Source: Macrostomum lignano (lineage: Eukaryota). Taken from it: 64,000 nt of DNA. The stretch covers positions 62,001 to 126,000 of the forward strand of contig NIVC01000570.1 of assembly GCA_002269645.1 (NCBI GenBank), given 5' to 3'. How positions within the stretch are numbered: position 1 is the first letter of the stretch; every line of letters begins with the position of its first letter. This document shows, in pieces, positions 53,801 through 64,000 of this stretch. The notes below the pieces were generated by a model that saw nothing but the letters and a program-made list of their open reading frames with translations, had not been told where the DNA came from and did no database searches. The position numbers and the translations under genes were made by a program.

Positions 53801-56800
53801 AACGGAAGCAGCGGCCAGATGCTGCGCACCAACAAGTAGTTGTTGACCAGCCTGCGATTGATGGGGAGGGGGGCAGTCGACCAGCAAGGGGGCAAGCAAT
53901 TATGCTACGGGCGTGAATCGCTCGACCCCGGCAAGCCTCCGCAAACCATCCTGCACAAGGCACTTCGGGTACTTGTACTTGAAATAGGGACTAAAAGCCA
54001 AGGCCATATAAAACTGGGTTGCTGAACCCCCGGTTAATTTGACATCTCCCCCAAGGAACAAAATTTTATTATTCTCGTTTGTTGGCATTTTCGAGCTTTT
54101 GAACTTTAATAAAGCTAGTTTAATACGAGAAACGGTTTTGGAAAATTAATAAAAACACCAGAAGAATTCAAGGTCAAAAGCATCACGAATCACGACCAAA
54201 GATGGCTAATCTCGCCACTAACACTGACTTCGTGGTCCGGCCGGGTTACTTTGAACATGTACTATTATTCGGTCGCACAAGCGCGACAAAATCCTGGACG
54301 ACCACCATAAAATAACTTGGAAAATGCATGCATTGCCAAACTTGCAGACTTGCGCTCACCGAGTCTGCTCCGCATCAGACGAAAGCTGATTTAGCAGCGG
54401 ACACAACTGCTCAAAGAAGGATCGATCGTGAAGATTTACCGGAGTATCGTTCGTAATTGCGTAGCTTGAGTTGCTCAGTAGCGTCAGCAGCACACTGGTC
54501 CAGTTTATCTGCGTGGGGGATTCGGCAGCACTCTTTGAGCTGAAGATGGCGCAGGCCACTGAAGGATCTGGGAGTGGTGAGGGTCACTGAAGGATCTGGG
54601 AGTGGTGAAGGTCACTGAAGGATCTGAGAGTGGTGAAGGTCACTGAAGGATCTGGGACTGGTGAAGGTCACTGAAGGATCTGGGAGTGTTGTAGGTCACT
54701 GAAGGATCTGAGAGTGGTGAAGGTCACTGAAGGATCTGGGAGTGGTGAAGGTCACTGAAGGATCTGGGAGTGTTGTAGGTCACTGAAGGATCTGAGAGTG
54801 GTGAAGGTCACTGAAGGATCTGAGAGTGGTGAAGGTCACTGAAGGATCTGGGAGTGGTGAAGGTCACTGAAGGATCTGGGAGTGTTGTAGGTCACTGAAG
54901 GATCTGAGAGTGGTGAAGGTCACTGAAGGATCTGGGAGTGGTGAAGGTCACTGAAGGATCTGGGAGTGGTGAAGGTCACTGAAGGATCTGGGAGTGGTGA
55001 AGGTCACTGAAGGATCTGGGAGTGATGAAGGTCACTTAAGGATCTGGGAGTGGAGAGGCGAAGACGGTAAAGGATTTGAGAGAATAAATACTTAGTGATA
55101 TCTCACACAGGGAAAATCCTCCTGCAACTGCTTAATCGTGGAGTTCCCCATTAGCAGGGAGCCGCGCCTCTTCCATTCGGGCAGAGAGATCTGTGGTGTA
55201 GAAAAATTGCGGAGAAAGTGCCTGTCTGTTTCTCTGTTTGTCGATGCTTACTAAGACGCAGACACTATGGCAGTAAGGCATTTGGACACTACAATAAGAC
55301 ACTAGAGACTCTACAACACTAAGACACTAAACCAAAAAGCACTACAAACGCTACTATGACACCAGGACACAACAACATAAAGACATCAGCACATTAAAAC
55401 ATTAGGACAAAACAAACACTAATACTAAAGCATTAAAGAAAACTAAGAGACCAGAACTAATGTAGTATTTTAGTGGCCGAGTGTCTTAGTGTTGTGGCGT
55501 CCTGGTGTCTACGAGCTAAGTGTTGTACGAGATAGTGTTCCCCCGATGTGTCTTACTGTTGTAGTATCCTGATGTCTTAGTTTACACGCTACAACACTAA
55601 GACACTCAGAGAACAAAACGGTCAAACCTCCGCAATCTTGCGCTCCAGTTCGATAATATTCCTGACATCCTGGGCAGTCATAGTCAGGCCAAACAGTTTC
55701 GCCAGTTCTTCAAGCGACTCTGCCAGAGCGGCCAAATTCGCCGTCCGATTGTGCACGTAGTCATCGCGCAGAAGCAGCGTGCTGGACTGGCTGAGGTGAA
55801 CTGCGCGTCGCTTGGTGTTGAAGATGTCAACCGTGACACCGAGGTAGAAGAATGGCGGATTCTCCGAGTGGGCAGCGGAGAACACGGCGGATCTGAGCAG
55901 GCCGTCGGCTATAGTCCAGCCATCCTTGTAGGCCCGGGCGGTGGCGTTGCAGGCGGCCCAGGGCCCGACTGGAGCCACCAGGTCCAGCAGCGGCTGCAGG
56001 CCCGCCTCCTCTCTGGCGGATTCGTTAAGGCAGGACCGGTAGAGCGCGGCCAGGTTGGACCGCAGCTCAGCGTTGATGTCGGCGTCCGCTGACACTGATG
56101 GAGAGGCGGATTCTGCAGACAGAATTGGCAGGAAGTTGGAGTTTTCTTAATACTTGAATTGCAATAAGAATACCAGAATAGCTTAGGCATAACTCAGCTT
56201 TGCAGCGCCTAAGACTGTCAAGATACCTGAGCCGCGCGCCCCGAGAATTCGAAAAGCTCTAATCATCTTGTGCGCAATTTCCGCACCATTAGCTTGGCTG
56301 AAATACCCATTCAAGGCACAAATTTAGCTAAATTTTCTTAGAAATGAAGCCTCTCATTGTTCTTAATGCCATTCGCAGATATTACACACTCTAGGCTTTG
56401 CTCTAGGAAAATGTAGAAAAATTATCCATCGAGAGAGAGAAAAAATCGAAGACCAATCGAGCAGCCGCCGCCCTCACCCAGCAGACTGCGCAGTAGAATC
56501 TCATTAGCTCCGGACTGCAGGCTGAACACGTTGGCCTGCTGCCGCCCAGCCGGAATGGTCACCCGTTGGCGAAATAATCCGCACGAGAATTCGTAAAAAT
56601 CTTCGCACGGATCGGCAGATTCGTTCATGTAGGACAGCAGCCGGGCGGTTAGCTGGACGCACACCGGATGTGTACAAGTGGCTGGCGGGTGGGTGAACAC
56701 GCGGAAATCAGACGCTGCGTTGTTATTGCAACCCAATTTGCTAAGCTGGATGGGAATTAAGCCTGCCTATTGCAACCCTATTCGCTAAGCTGGATGGGAA

Positions 56801-58673
56801 TTAAGCCTGCCTATTGCAACCCGATTCGCTAAGCTGGATGGGAATTAAGCCTGCCTATTGCAACCCGATTCGCTAAGCTGGATGGGAATTAAGCCTGCCT
56901 ATTGCAACCCGATTCGCTAAGCTGGATGGGAATTAAGCCTGCCTATTGCAACCCGATTCGCTAAGCTGGATGGGAATTAAGCCTGCCTATTGCAACCCGA
57001 TTCGCTAAGCTGGATGGGAATTAAGCCTGCCTATTGCAACCCGATTCGCTAAGCTGGATGGGAATTAAGCCTGCCTATTGCAACCCGATTCGCTAAGCTG
57101 GATGGGAATTAAGCCTGCCTATTGCAACCCGATTCGCTAAGCTGGATGGGAATTAAGCCTGCCTATTGCAACCCGATTCGCTAAGCTGGATGGGAATTAA
57201 GCCTGCTTATTGCAACCCGATTCGCTAAGCTGGATGGGAGTTAAGCTTGTCTATTACAACCCAATTCACTAAGCTGGATGGGAATTAAGCCTGTCTATTG
57301 CAACCCAATTCACTAAGTTGGATGGGAATTAAGCCGCCCTATTGCAATCCAATTCACTAAGCTGGGTGGGAGTACGATTCTGTACTAAGCCTGTCTACAG
57401 ATGTAAATCAATATAGAATAGTAATGTACAATATAGGTTGTTTTCAATCAGATACTAAGGGAGTTTGAGAAAAACATTACCAGAGGTTTGTGACTGTGGG
57501 ATGAGCTACCTTAGAAAGAACAGAAAAAAACGTTTCTTTTGGACAAGAAAACTTGAAAAGGACGCTGGTACTAATTTTTAAGAGGAACATTAGCCAGATC
57601 AAGCGGTTGTTAAGTCACAATCTCGCCGTGCTGTCGCTTGCAATTATAACAAAGCGGGTCAACGGTCAGGTCCAAAAGAAACTCTTTGATTGACACGTTC
57701 GACTGTTTCACAAAATCAACTGGATTCTAGAAGGAAGCGCCATGTCTGCTACTATTTTTAGCTTTCAAAGTTCGATCGTGAAGATTATTTGGGAAATCTG
57801 CAGGCTAATTGCCTATGGGAAGGACTTTTGGGAATTAACGGTCAAGTCGACTTGAAGTCCACAAATCTTATACGTGATGAACACTTTACTAAGAGTGGAA
57901 ATATTGCATAATTAAATAAGAGCCCTTTAAAGTGGAGTTCGTCTAGAAAACGCGGTCAAAGCTCTTTGGATCTCAGATACTTGGTAAGGGAGAGTGAATC
58001 CTCATGTATCTTAGGTAAGGGAGTCAGGAAGGATCGAAAGTAAGGGAGGGTTACAATTCTCACGGATCTCAGGTAAGGGAGTCATAATACTGAAGGATAT
58101 CAGGTAAGGGAGAGTCGCAATACTGAAGGATATCAGGTAAGGGAGAGTCAGGAAGGATCGAAAGTAAGGGAGGGTTACAATTCTCACGGATCTCAGATCA
58201 AGGATATTTTAAAGTTTACACTAACGCATCGAGTTAGCCACACACCTGGGGCACATCAGTAGAGGTTAAGAAGTGAATATTCTTAGAGCGTATACGAACA
58301 CGATATCAAACTCACAATTGGCACTGGCGGTGACATTGTACGGCTGATTGGCATATCCCAGCCGGCCAGAGGACGCGGTGAGGCGCACATTGTACAGCAT
58401 GCAGGCCAGAATCAATACTATCAGAAGCAGCACCAGCACCGCCAGTAGAGCCAGCTTTTCCAAGTAACTGCACCTCTTAATCACAACGCCCAGCCTGTGC
58501 AGGTGGGTGATGCGCCTTGGCTGGCTGACGCCGTTACCCGGACTGCCAACCGGCAGGACCGAGTCGTCGCTTTGCATGGCGGCCATGCTACTGCCGCCTG
58601 TGGCGCTGCTGTTTGTCGCCAGGCTGCCGCTCAGTTCGCTGTTGTCGTCCAGATCTGTGCGAACATATTTCAT
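47856..58673 (-). CDS. M13 zinc metallopeptidase (neprilysin/ECE-like, type II membrane), ~819 aa; last exon interrupted by a TIR element, so possibly a disrupted allele
   Basis: Exons 58673-58316, 56714-56478, 56112-55628, 55190-55107, 54508-54360, 53851-53386, 53196-52892, 52258-52156, 51702-51607 and 50721-50639 + 47949-47856 total 2460 nt in frame. Motifs: TM segment, DPCEDFYEFSCG, VNAYY, GHEITHGFD, GESIADNGG, THPP, MNPIDKCSVW*. The exon-2 acceptor is the least certain boundary. Confidence 0.92.
47952..50638. mobile_element. ~2.7-kb non-autonomous DNA transposon with 15-bp TIRs (GGGGTMGTTCTCAAA) and a short target duplication (CA, CAG or CCAG)
   Basis: GGGGTAGTTCTCAAA at 47952-47966 and TTTGAGAACGACCCC at 50624-50638 match at 14/15 positions. 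Both ends sit in CCAG. Excision restores the M13 reading frame. Confidence 0.85.
51182..51492 (-). mobile_element. tRNA-derived SINE, copy 3 (most complete)
   Basis: The minus-strand head reads AGCCCAGCGGTAAACGCGCGTCTGAC...GGTTCGATTCT; the body is shared with the other copies. Confidence 0.8.
52330..52800. repeat. Degenerate low-complexity tract built on CTTAGTGTCT; related tracts at 55260-55610 and ~35690
   Basis: Recurring TGTGTCYTTAGTGTC motifs without a fixed period. Confidence 0.6.
54558..55045. repeat. 28-bp minisatellite (CACTGAAGGATCTGGGAGTGGTGAAGGT), ~17 units
   Basis: Fills most of M13 intron 4. Confidence 0.95.
56730..57365. repeat. 44-bp minisatellite (ATTCGCTAAGCTGGATGGGAATTAAGCCTGCCTATTGCAACCCG), ~14 units
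   Basis: Abuts the acceptor of M13 exon 2. Confidence 0.95.
57965..58195. repeat. Degenerate repeat built on (GGATMTC)AGGTAAGGGAGAGTC
   Basis: About 7 irregular units, including a duplicated GAGTCAGGAAGGATCGAAAGTAAGGGAGGGTTACAATTCTCACGGATCTCAG block. Confidence 0.75.
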
Positions 58674-58769
58674 GGCTGCTGCGGATGTTTGATAAAGCTG
58701 CAGAGTATTTTACAAACGAAGGCACGGCTAAATACTGGTGAATAGCGATGCATGCAAGAAAATGGTATT

Positions 58770-59030
58770 TACTGCAAGCGCGCAGATACTGTACGCATGT
58801 GCACTCATACACAGGCTCACGCAGGGTGTACAGCAGCCCTGAATTTTTAATCGTCAGGCATGTAAACTCTCTGTGCCTTCGGGGTTGGCCCTCACGACTG
58901 TGAATTTCATGACAGCCCCACTCATTTTCGTGCACACAAGCCCCAAATATATGTGGCCGCGCACGGAATCGAACCCAGGGTGGTCGTGGTGTGAGAATCA
59001 GATGAGTTTGTCGCTTGGCTGCTCTGCCCC
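58770..59030 (-). mobile_element. tRNA-derived SINE, copy 4
   Basis: Perfect B box GGTTCGATTCC on the minus strand (58965-58975); the body is shared with the other copies. Confidence 0.8.
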
Positions 59031-61371
59031 CAGCTGTAGCACCTACATCTTCAAGATTCAATGGCTAATGATTAGCCAAGCACCAAATTTATATTAGTAT
59101 TAGCGTCAGTGTCAATGTCTGGTATAAAATCAGCCTCCTAGATTTTTCTTCATGATTAGTAATAAATAATTATAATAATTATAATTGCATTTGGCAATCC
59201 AGTTCCATATGGTTCCCTACAGTGCAAATGCAGGCCTTAAAGTTAAGGTGGTTAAATTGAAGGAACAATATAGTATATTTTAAATTGTTCTTTATAAAAC
59301 AATCATTTGATATTCAAATAGTGCACAGAAGATGAAATAATAATGAGCTTGTTGGAAAACCTTTTGTTCAAGAAATCTATGTACTTTCACTTCAAAAATA
59401 GTTTGAAAATTACATGGTTAGTATTATTAGATTTTAGACAAATAGCTGTTTCTGCTCTGTGACCTGCATTTTATTTTGGGTTATAATTCCTTTATCTTTC
59501 TTATTACTAATAAGGGTCAACAAAGAAAATTAAATAAATCATCTAGACAGTTGAAGCTTCAAAATCATGATAGTAATGCAAAGTTTCATTTTAAAGCATG
59601 AAAATATTTTTCATAGATTTGAAGGCAAATAAGAATCTAATTATCATGTCCTGTTATTTAAGTGAATTTTATTTATGTTTTTCCACTGATCTATTAAAAT
59701 TATTTTATACCTATTTCTAACTTCTGAAAAATTATTGATTTATTAGACATTAGTACTATATTTTTTGTCTCATTAAATGAATTTATTGTCTCTAGATACT
59801 GCAGATAGGACAGGGATGATAGGGGTAAGTGTGAACAAGAGAGAGTTTTAAAAATAATATTTTGAATAAGTAGCCATTTCAATAACAAGCCTTAAGACTA
59901 AGTTAGGGCTCATATTTTCGTCCTTAATATCAACAAGGTTATAGAATAAATTAAGCCTTTATTTTAATTATGGATTCAAAACAAATTATGCAAAAATTAT
60001 TTCAAAACATTTAATAAAAGTTAATATAGTAGCAGTACAAAAGCAGATCTGACTTTAAAATTTAATCGGCAGTAAAAAATTGCTGTATAGACTCATCAAA
60101 ATTTACTTTTAACGAGTAAATTTTCGGTTTCTGTTCGTTTATAGCAATTCTAGCTGTTTTATTTTATGGCCTTTGGGACAGTCAGCTTAGCCTAGCGAAT
60201 AGCTAAAATTAGCAATTCTATTCAATATAATTGAAAATTTAAAAGTTTACCGTCTGAATTATCGGGCCAGCATTTCAAATCGCAGTCTCTTAAATCTTAA
60301 TTTTTATAACTGGTAAAACAAATAATAAAACTATCTGCTTTAAAAACCGCTCGATGCACATTCAAACTTTACTTTTTTATACATAGTTATATTTTATTGC
60401 AAATACTCGTATATAATTTCTGATTTCAGCTATACACTTCTATATACTAAGTGCTAAAAGTCATCGAGTTGTAACACATTTCTTCAGTGCATGCGAGGCT
60501 AGGAGTAGGAGCGTATGAAAAAAAACGGATGCAATCAACAAGAGAAGACCTATTGTATATTTGCCTAATTCAGGGTCTTATGTGTTTAAATTAAGTGATG
60601 TTGCAAACAAATTTTAAGTCCATTATTTTCACTTTCAACTCAAGCGAAAGTTTATTTTTTTAATTGCACTTAAATATTGTACACTCGTAAAGTATGTACA
60701 GTAGTAAGCTACTGAGGTACAAGCATGCACATTTCGACAATTAATGTCTACGATACTGGCTTTCCAAAGTTACTGTACGTAGTAACAATGAGGCACCGCC
60801 TTAGAAGCTCATGAAGTACAAAAAAGTACGACTGATCAGTACATTGTATGACAATCCTAGCTAGGGTACAGAACTGCTAGTACAACGAAAACAAAAATTT
60901 GGACAAAGAATTCTAGGAAAAGGGTTTGTTTAGCAGGGAAAAACTTGTATAAATGAATCTACGACCTACGAATGAAACTTGGCAATAAGCCAGCCAAGAC
61001 ATAGGAAAGCAACTATAGCGTTCCGGACTGTCTGGAAGCATCTGGACTGGAAACTGACTTCTCGCAAGGACATATAAATTGGTAAAACTGATAACCTTTT
61101 GCAACAACATCAAACTTGTTTTTGCAATGTTGCAATTTTGTTGCAACTTCTAACTTGTTTCTTCGACAAATTTTGCTCGACAATGGCTAAGGATTTGTTG
61201 GATTTCAAGTACCCTGCTGCACTCTGCTCTGTAAGCAAGCTTTTGTATATGTGCAGCAATTGTCTTTTGTAGCTTTCGTGCTTCCAGTCCAGTTTCTCTG
61301 TTTATAAAACCTTTTAGCATTATATGAGCTCCTATTCAATAATATTTATGAATGGATCGATAAAGTTCGTT

Positions 61372-61460
61372 CTATACATCTGTCTCCAAGACGCCGCTGG
61401 CTAAAAATCTAGTCCCGCAGATCTCTTGTTGCTCCTGCTGTTGCTGCTTCTGCGGCAGTG

Positions 61461-61499
<39 letters not shown>

Positions 61500-63437
61500 G
61501 CTTCGCTGGCTGCGCCCTGCTGGATTCGTCATCACCGCTAGCACCGCCGCTGCTGCCACTGCTGCTGGTGTCGCTGAATAGACCGCTACGATGACCGTAG
61601 CGAGTCGACTCCTCAGAGAAGTTGCCGCGCCGGCTGGCGACTGTCATTGTTGCGGACTTGCGACTCGTTCCGCCGCCGAAGGTCGGATGAGCCCGCCTAG
61701 GCCGCCGATGTCTTCGACGCTTCACCACCGCTTGTACTGGCCGGCTCTGGGCTTCCTCAGCTTCGACTGGCAGCGTCTGAAGTTTGCGAAGCTTTTGAAC
61801 GCTGCCTGTTGGTTCCACTATTGCGGCAGAGTCAGCGACCTCCTCTTGCTTCGGACTGCTTCTGCTTGAGGGGTGAGGATTTTCGAATTCGTTGGTGCGT
61901 GCACCTTTGCTACTTCAATTAAATGTTTTAAGTAGTCGCAAGTAAAACTAATAATGAATTACATAATTGTTTGTAGCAATGATTTAAAACGAGCAAATCA
62001 AAAAGCTGTTTAAATACAGTTTTATCCGAAACATAGTAGGTACTCGCACTCGCAGGCCCCAGCAACCTAGGAGGACACAGGGTGCACAGCGACCCTGGCT
62101 TTTTCATCGTTAGAGATGTACACAGCTGACTACTCACTTCATCGTTATTTGATCGCGCACCGCAGCTGACCCAGTGCAGTCAAGCTCGGACATGTTTGCG
62201 CTGGTGCTCCTAAATAATCCAGTCTGAGCGCTGTCCACTTTGAACACTTTAGTCGCAATGTCGGACATCTTTTTGACACCCGAATATTCTTCTTTGTTTC
62301 CTTTGTCCACAAATGATTTGGCATCGCCAACTGAATTCGGAGAGCAGGATGCCTCGCTTGGCAACTGAGCTGTGCCTTCCGAGCTCACGGACGCCTTTGG
62401 TGACGCTGGCGTATTCGAAGATTCACTGCGATATTGCCGTTGCTCATGCTGGTACTGATGCTGCTGATAGTCCTGACGATGCTGATATTGATACTCTTGT
62501 TGGTGCTGCTGATGCTCCCGCTGGCTCCGATATTGAGCATGATACTGTTGCTGCAACGTGACAGACGGTTCAACTATTCGATGTCGCTCGGTCTTAGACA
62601 AGATTTTCACACAGTTTTCTGTGCATCGAAGGCCTGATGGCTGGCACTGCGGCGGCTCTTGCAGCTTTTGATGTCGCTGCAAGAGCCGATGCAGTTCCGG
62701 AGGCACAGAGTTCAGCGAACTGCTTCGCCTTGGTGGCACGGGACTCTTGAATTCTGATACAGCGGCAGGGGTCGTCTGCTTTGGCGAGCGATTTCTGGGG
62801 CTCCTTTCCAGACTGAGCAGAGCGAATGACTTGCCCGTCATCGACGGCTGCTGAGCTGCAGGCTTGGCAGATTTACCAGTAGCGCCTGTTTCGCTTGAAG
62901 CCGTCGTCGTTTGACGGCTGGACCGAGAGCTCGAGCGGCAGCGGATCGGGGCCATGGCCAGGTCCCGAACCCGGCTCAGGGCGCTGCTGCTGCGCCGCCG
63001 TTCGTCTGACCGTTGGATAGCTTTGAATGCCTTCACCAGCTCGCGGCTACCCTTGATGACGTCGTGCGACATGGCTTTGCTGCGCAGGCACAAGTCCTTC
63101 AGCAGCTTGGTTGTCTCGCGATATTTGACGCTGATTAAGTCCGGACTATTATCCACTTTGAAGCTCAGAGCCGAGCGCAGCTCCGACCTGAGCAGGTCAA
63201 ATAGCCGGCCGCTGTAGTTGCTGTGCAGCTGCAGAACGAGCAGGGCGGAGCTTAGCTTTCTCGATAGGGTGTCCCCAGTTGCTGCTGCTGAAGCGGCTTC
63301 AGACGGCTGTTGCAGTTGCTGCTGTTGCAGAATCTGCTGCAACTGTTGGCACTGACCAATTAGCAGAGCGCCGCACTTTTCCAATAAAGTCAATGTCTGC
63401 TGTTCCGATTGTTCGTCCATGGATAAACAGAACAGGC
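61372..63437 (-). CDS. Hypothetical protein: helical N-terminal region, S/R/P/Q-rich disordered remainder; no recognisable family
   Basis: Long stop-free exon 63437-62138 (ATG at 63420; donor AA|GTGAGT), phase-compatible with an acceptor at 61861 or 61864 and an ORF running to a stop at 61372. GC-rich, codon-like sequence flanked by AT-rich DNA. The true ends are uncertain. Confidence 0.55.
62070..62122 (-). mobile_element. SINE body fragment, copy 5
   Basis: CAGGGTGCACAGCGACCCTGGCTTTTTCATCGTTAGAGATGTACA matches the SINE body block. Confidence 0.55.
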
Positions 63438-63594
63438 CTGTAAAATTAATGCGCGGTCCGACGTTAATGTTTCTGTTTGGATGCCATACGCAGCCAGTTT
63501 TTACTTTTAGCCTGAGCGTCCTTAAATGCATTCCGCATAGGCTGTACGCCTCGTCTACCTCACTAGGCCTTTGCTGCCATAGAAATCAAAATAA

Positions 63595-64000
63595 TCCATA
63601 TACTAAAAATGGTCTGTCGGTATGTGTGTGTGTGTATGTGTGTGTGTGTGATCGATTTTAGCAAAAATGGCTCAACCGATTTTGTTCAAACTTGCACCAT
63701 TCGATCAGAAATTTTTCCGTGACGGTACATGCATCGTGGCTAAGAAATTGCTCGATGCTAAAGGGATTAAATATTCGAAAAACATGCTTTTTTGCAAAGG
63801 TCAAGCAGCTATTTCGACTTGAAACGCACTGTAAAAATGCTAGAGAAAAAACTGACTGGTTGAATTCTGATTCTGAAATAGATTGCATCACAATACACTT
63901 TATTTATCGTCTGTGTACTGGCTGAATTTGACACTCAATTGAATTGCGTCACAGCTTTGAGTGTGAAAGTATAGTGCAGTACTGAATTTATATTACGTAA
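63595..64000 (+). mobile_element. Possible 5' part of a non-autonomous Helitron-type element carrying a (TG)n microsatellite
   Basis: A|TCCATATACTAAAAATG start, then (TG)n, then AACCGATTTTGTTCAAACTT. This layout recalls microsatellite-bearing Helitron derivatives; the 3' end is not seen. Confidence 0.35.

Noticed and set aside
55260-55610. Apparent intronic fold-back (CAACACTAAGACAC/GTGTCTTAGTGTTG and GACACCAGGAC/GTCCTGGTGTC)
   Set aside because: The two inverted pairs are not nested, so they cannot form one hairpin. Low-complexity motifs explain them.

Overview
Eukaryotic (metazoan) genomic DNA with spliceosomal GT-AG introns. The codon style, polyQ/polyA tracts and dense minisatellites recall a flatworm such as Macrostomum, but that is an inference. 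I could assemble six spliced genes by hand: the 3' part of a probably GPI-anchored Ig+FN3 adhesion protein (+, 1380-14911), a CYP2-clan cytochrome P450 (-, 17924-20024), AP-1 gamma adaptin AP1G1 (+, 28351-39615), a 5-finger C2H2 protein (+, 42385-44199), an M13 neprilysin/ECE-like peptidase (-, 47856-58673) and a low-complexity orphan gene (-, 61372-63437). About 18 unrelated minisatellite arrays sit in and around the introns, along with a tRNA-derived SINE family, microsatellite-carrying elements and a motif-block dispersed repeat. Highlights: (1) a 2.7-kb element with terminal inverted repeats splits the last coding exon of the M13 peptidase, and removing it restores RVWGPVANMPEF. (2) An AP1G1 intron is almost entirely ~75 tandem copies of its own 5' splice site (GCAG|GTGAGT). 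(3) The first homologous AP1G1 exon has no ATG, so the start must come from an 18-nt microexon or a trans-spliced leader ending in AUG. (4) The private intron minisatellites often abut or copy splice signals, and most contain TCAG/CTGA. All coordinates were read by eye; repeat boundaries are approximate.
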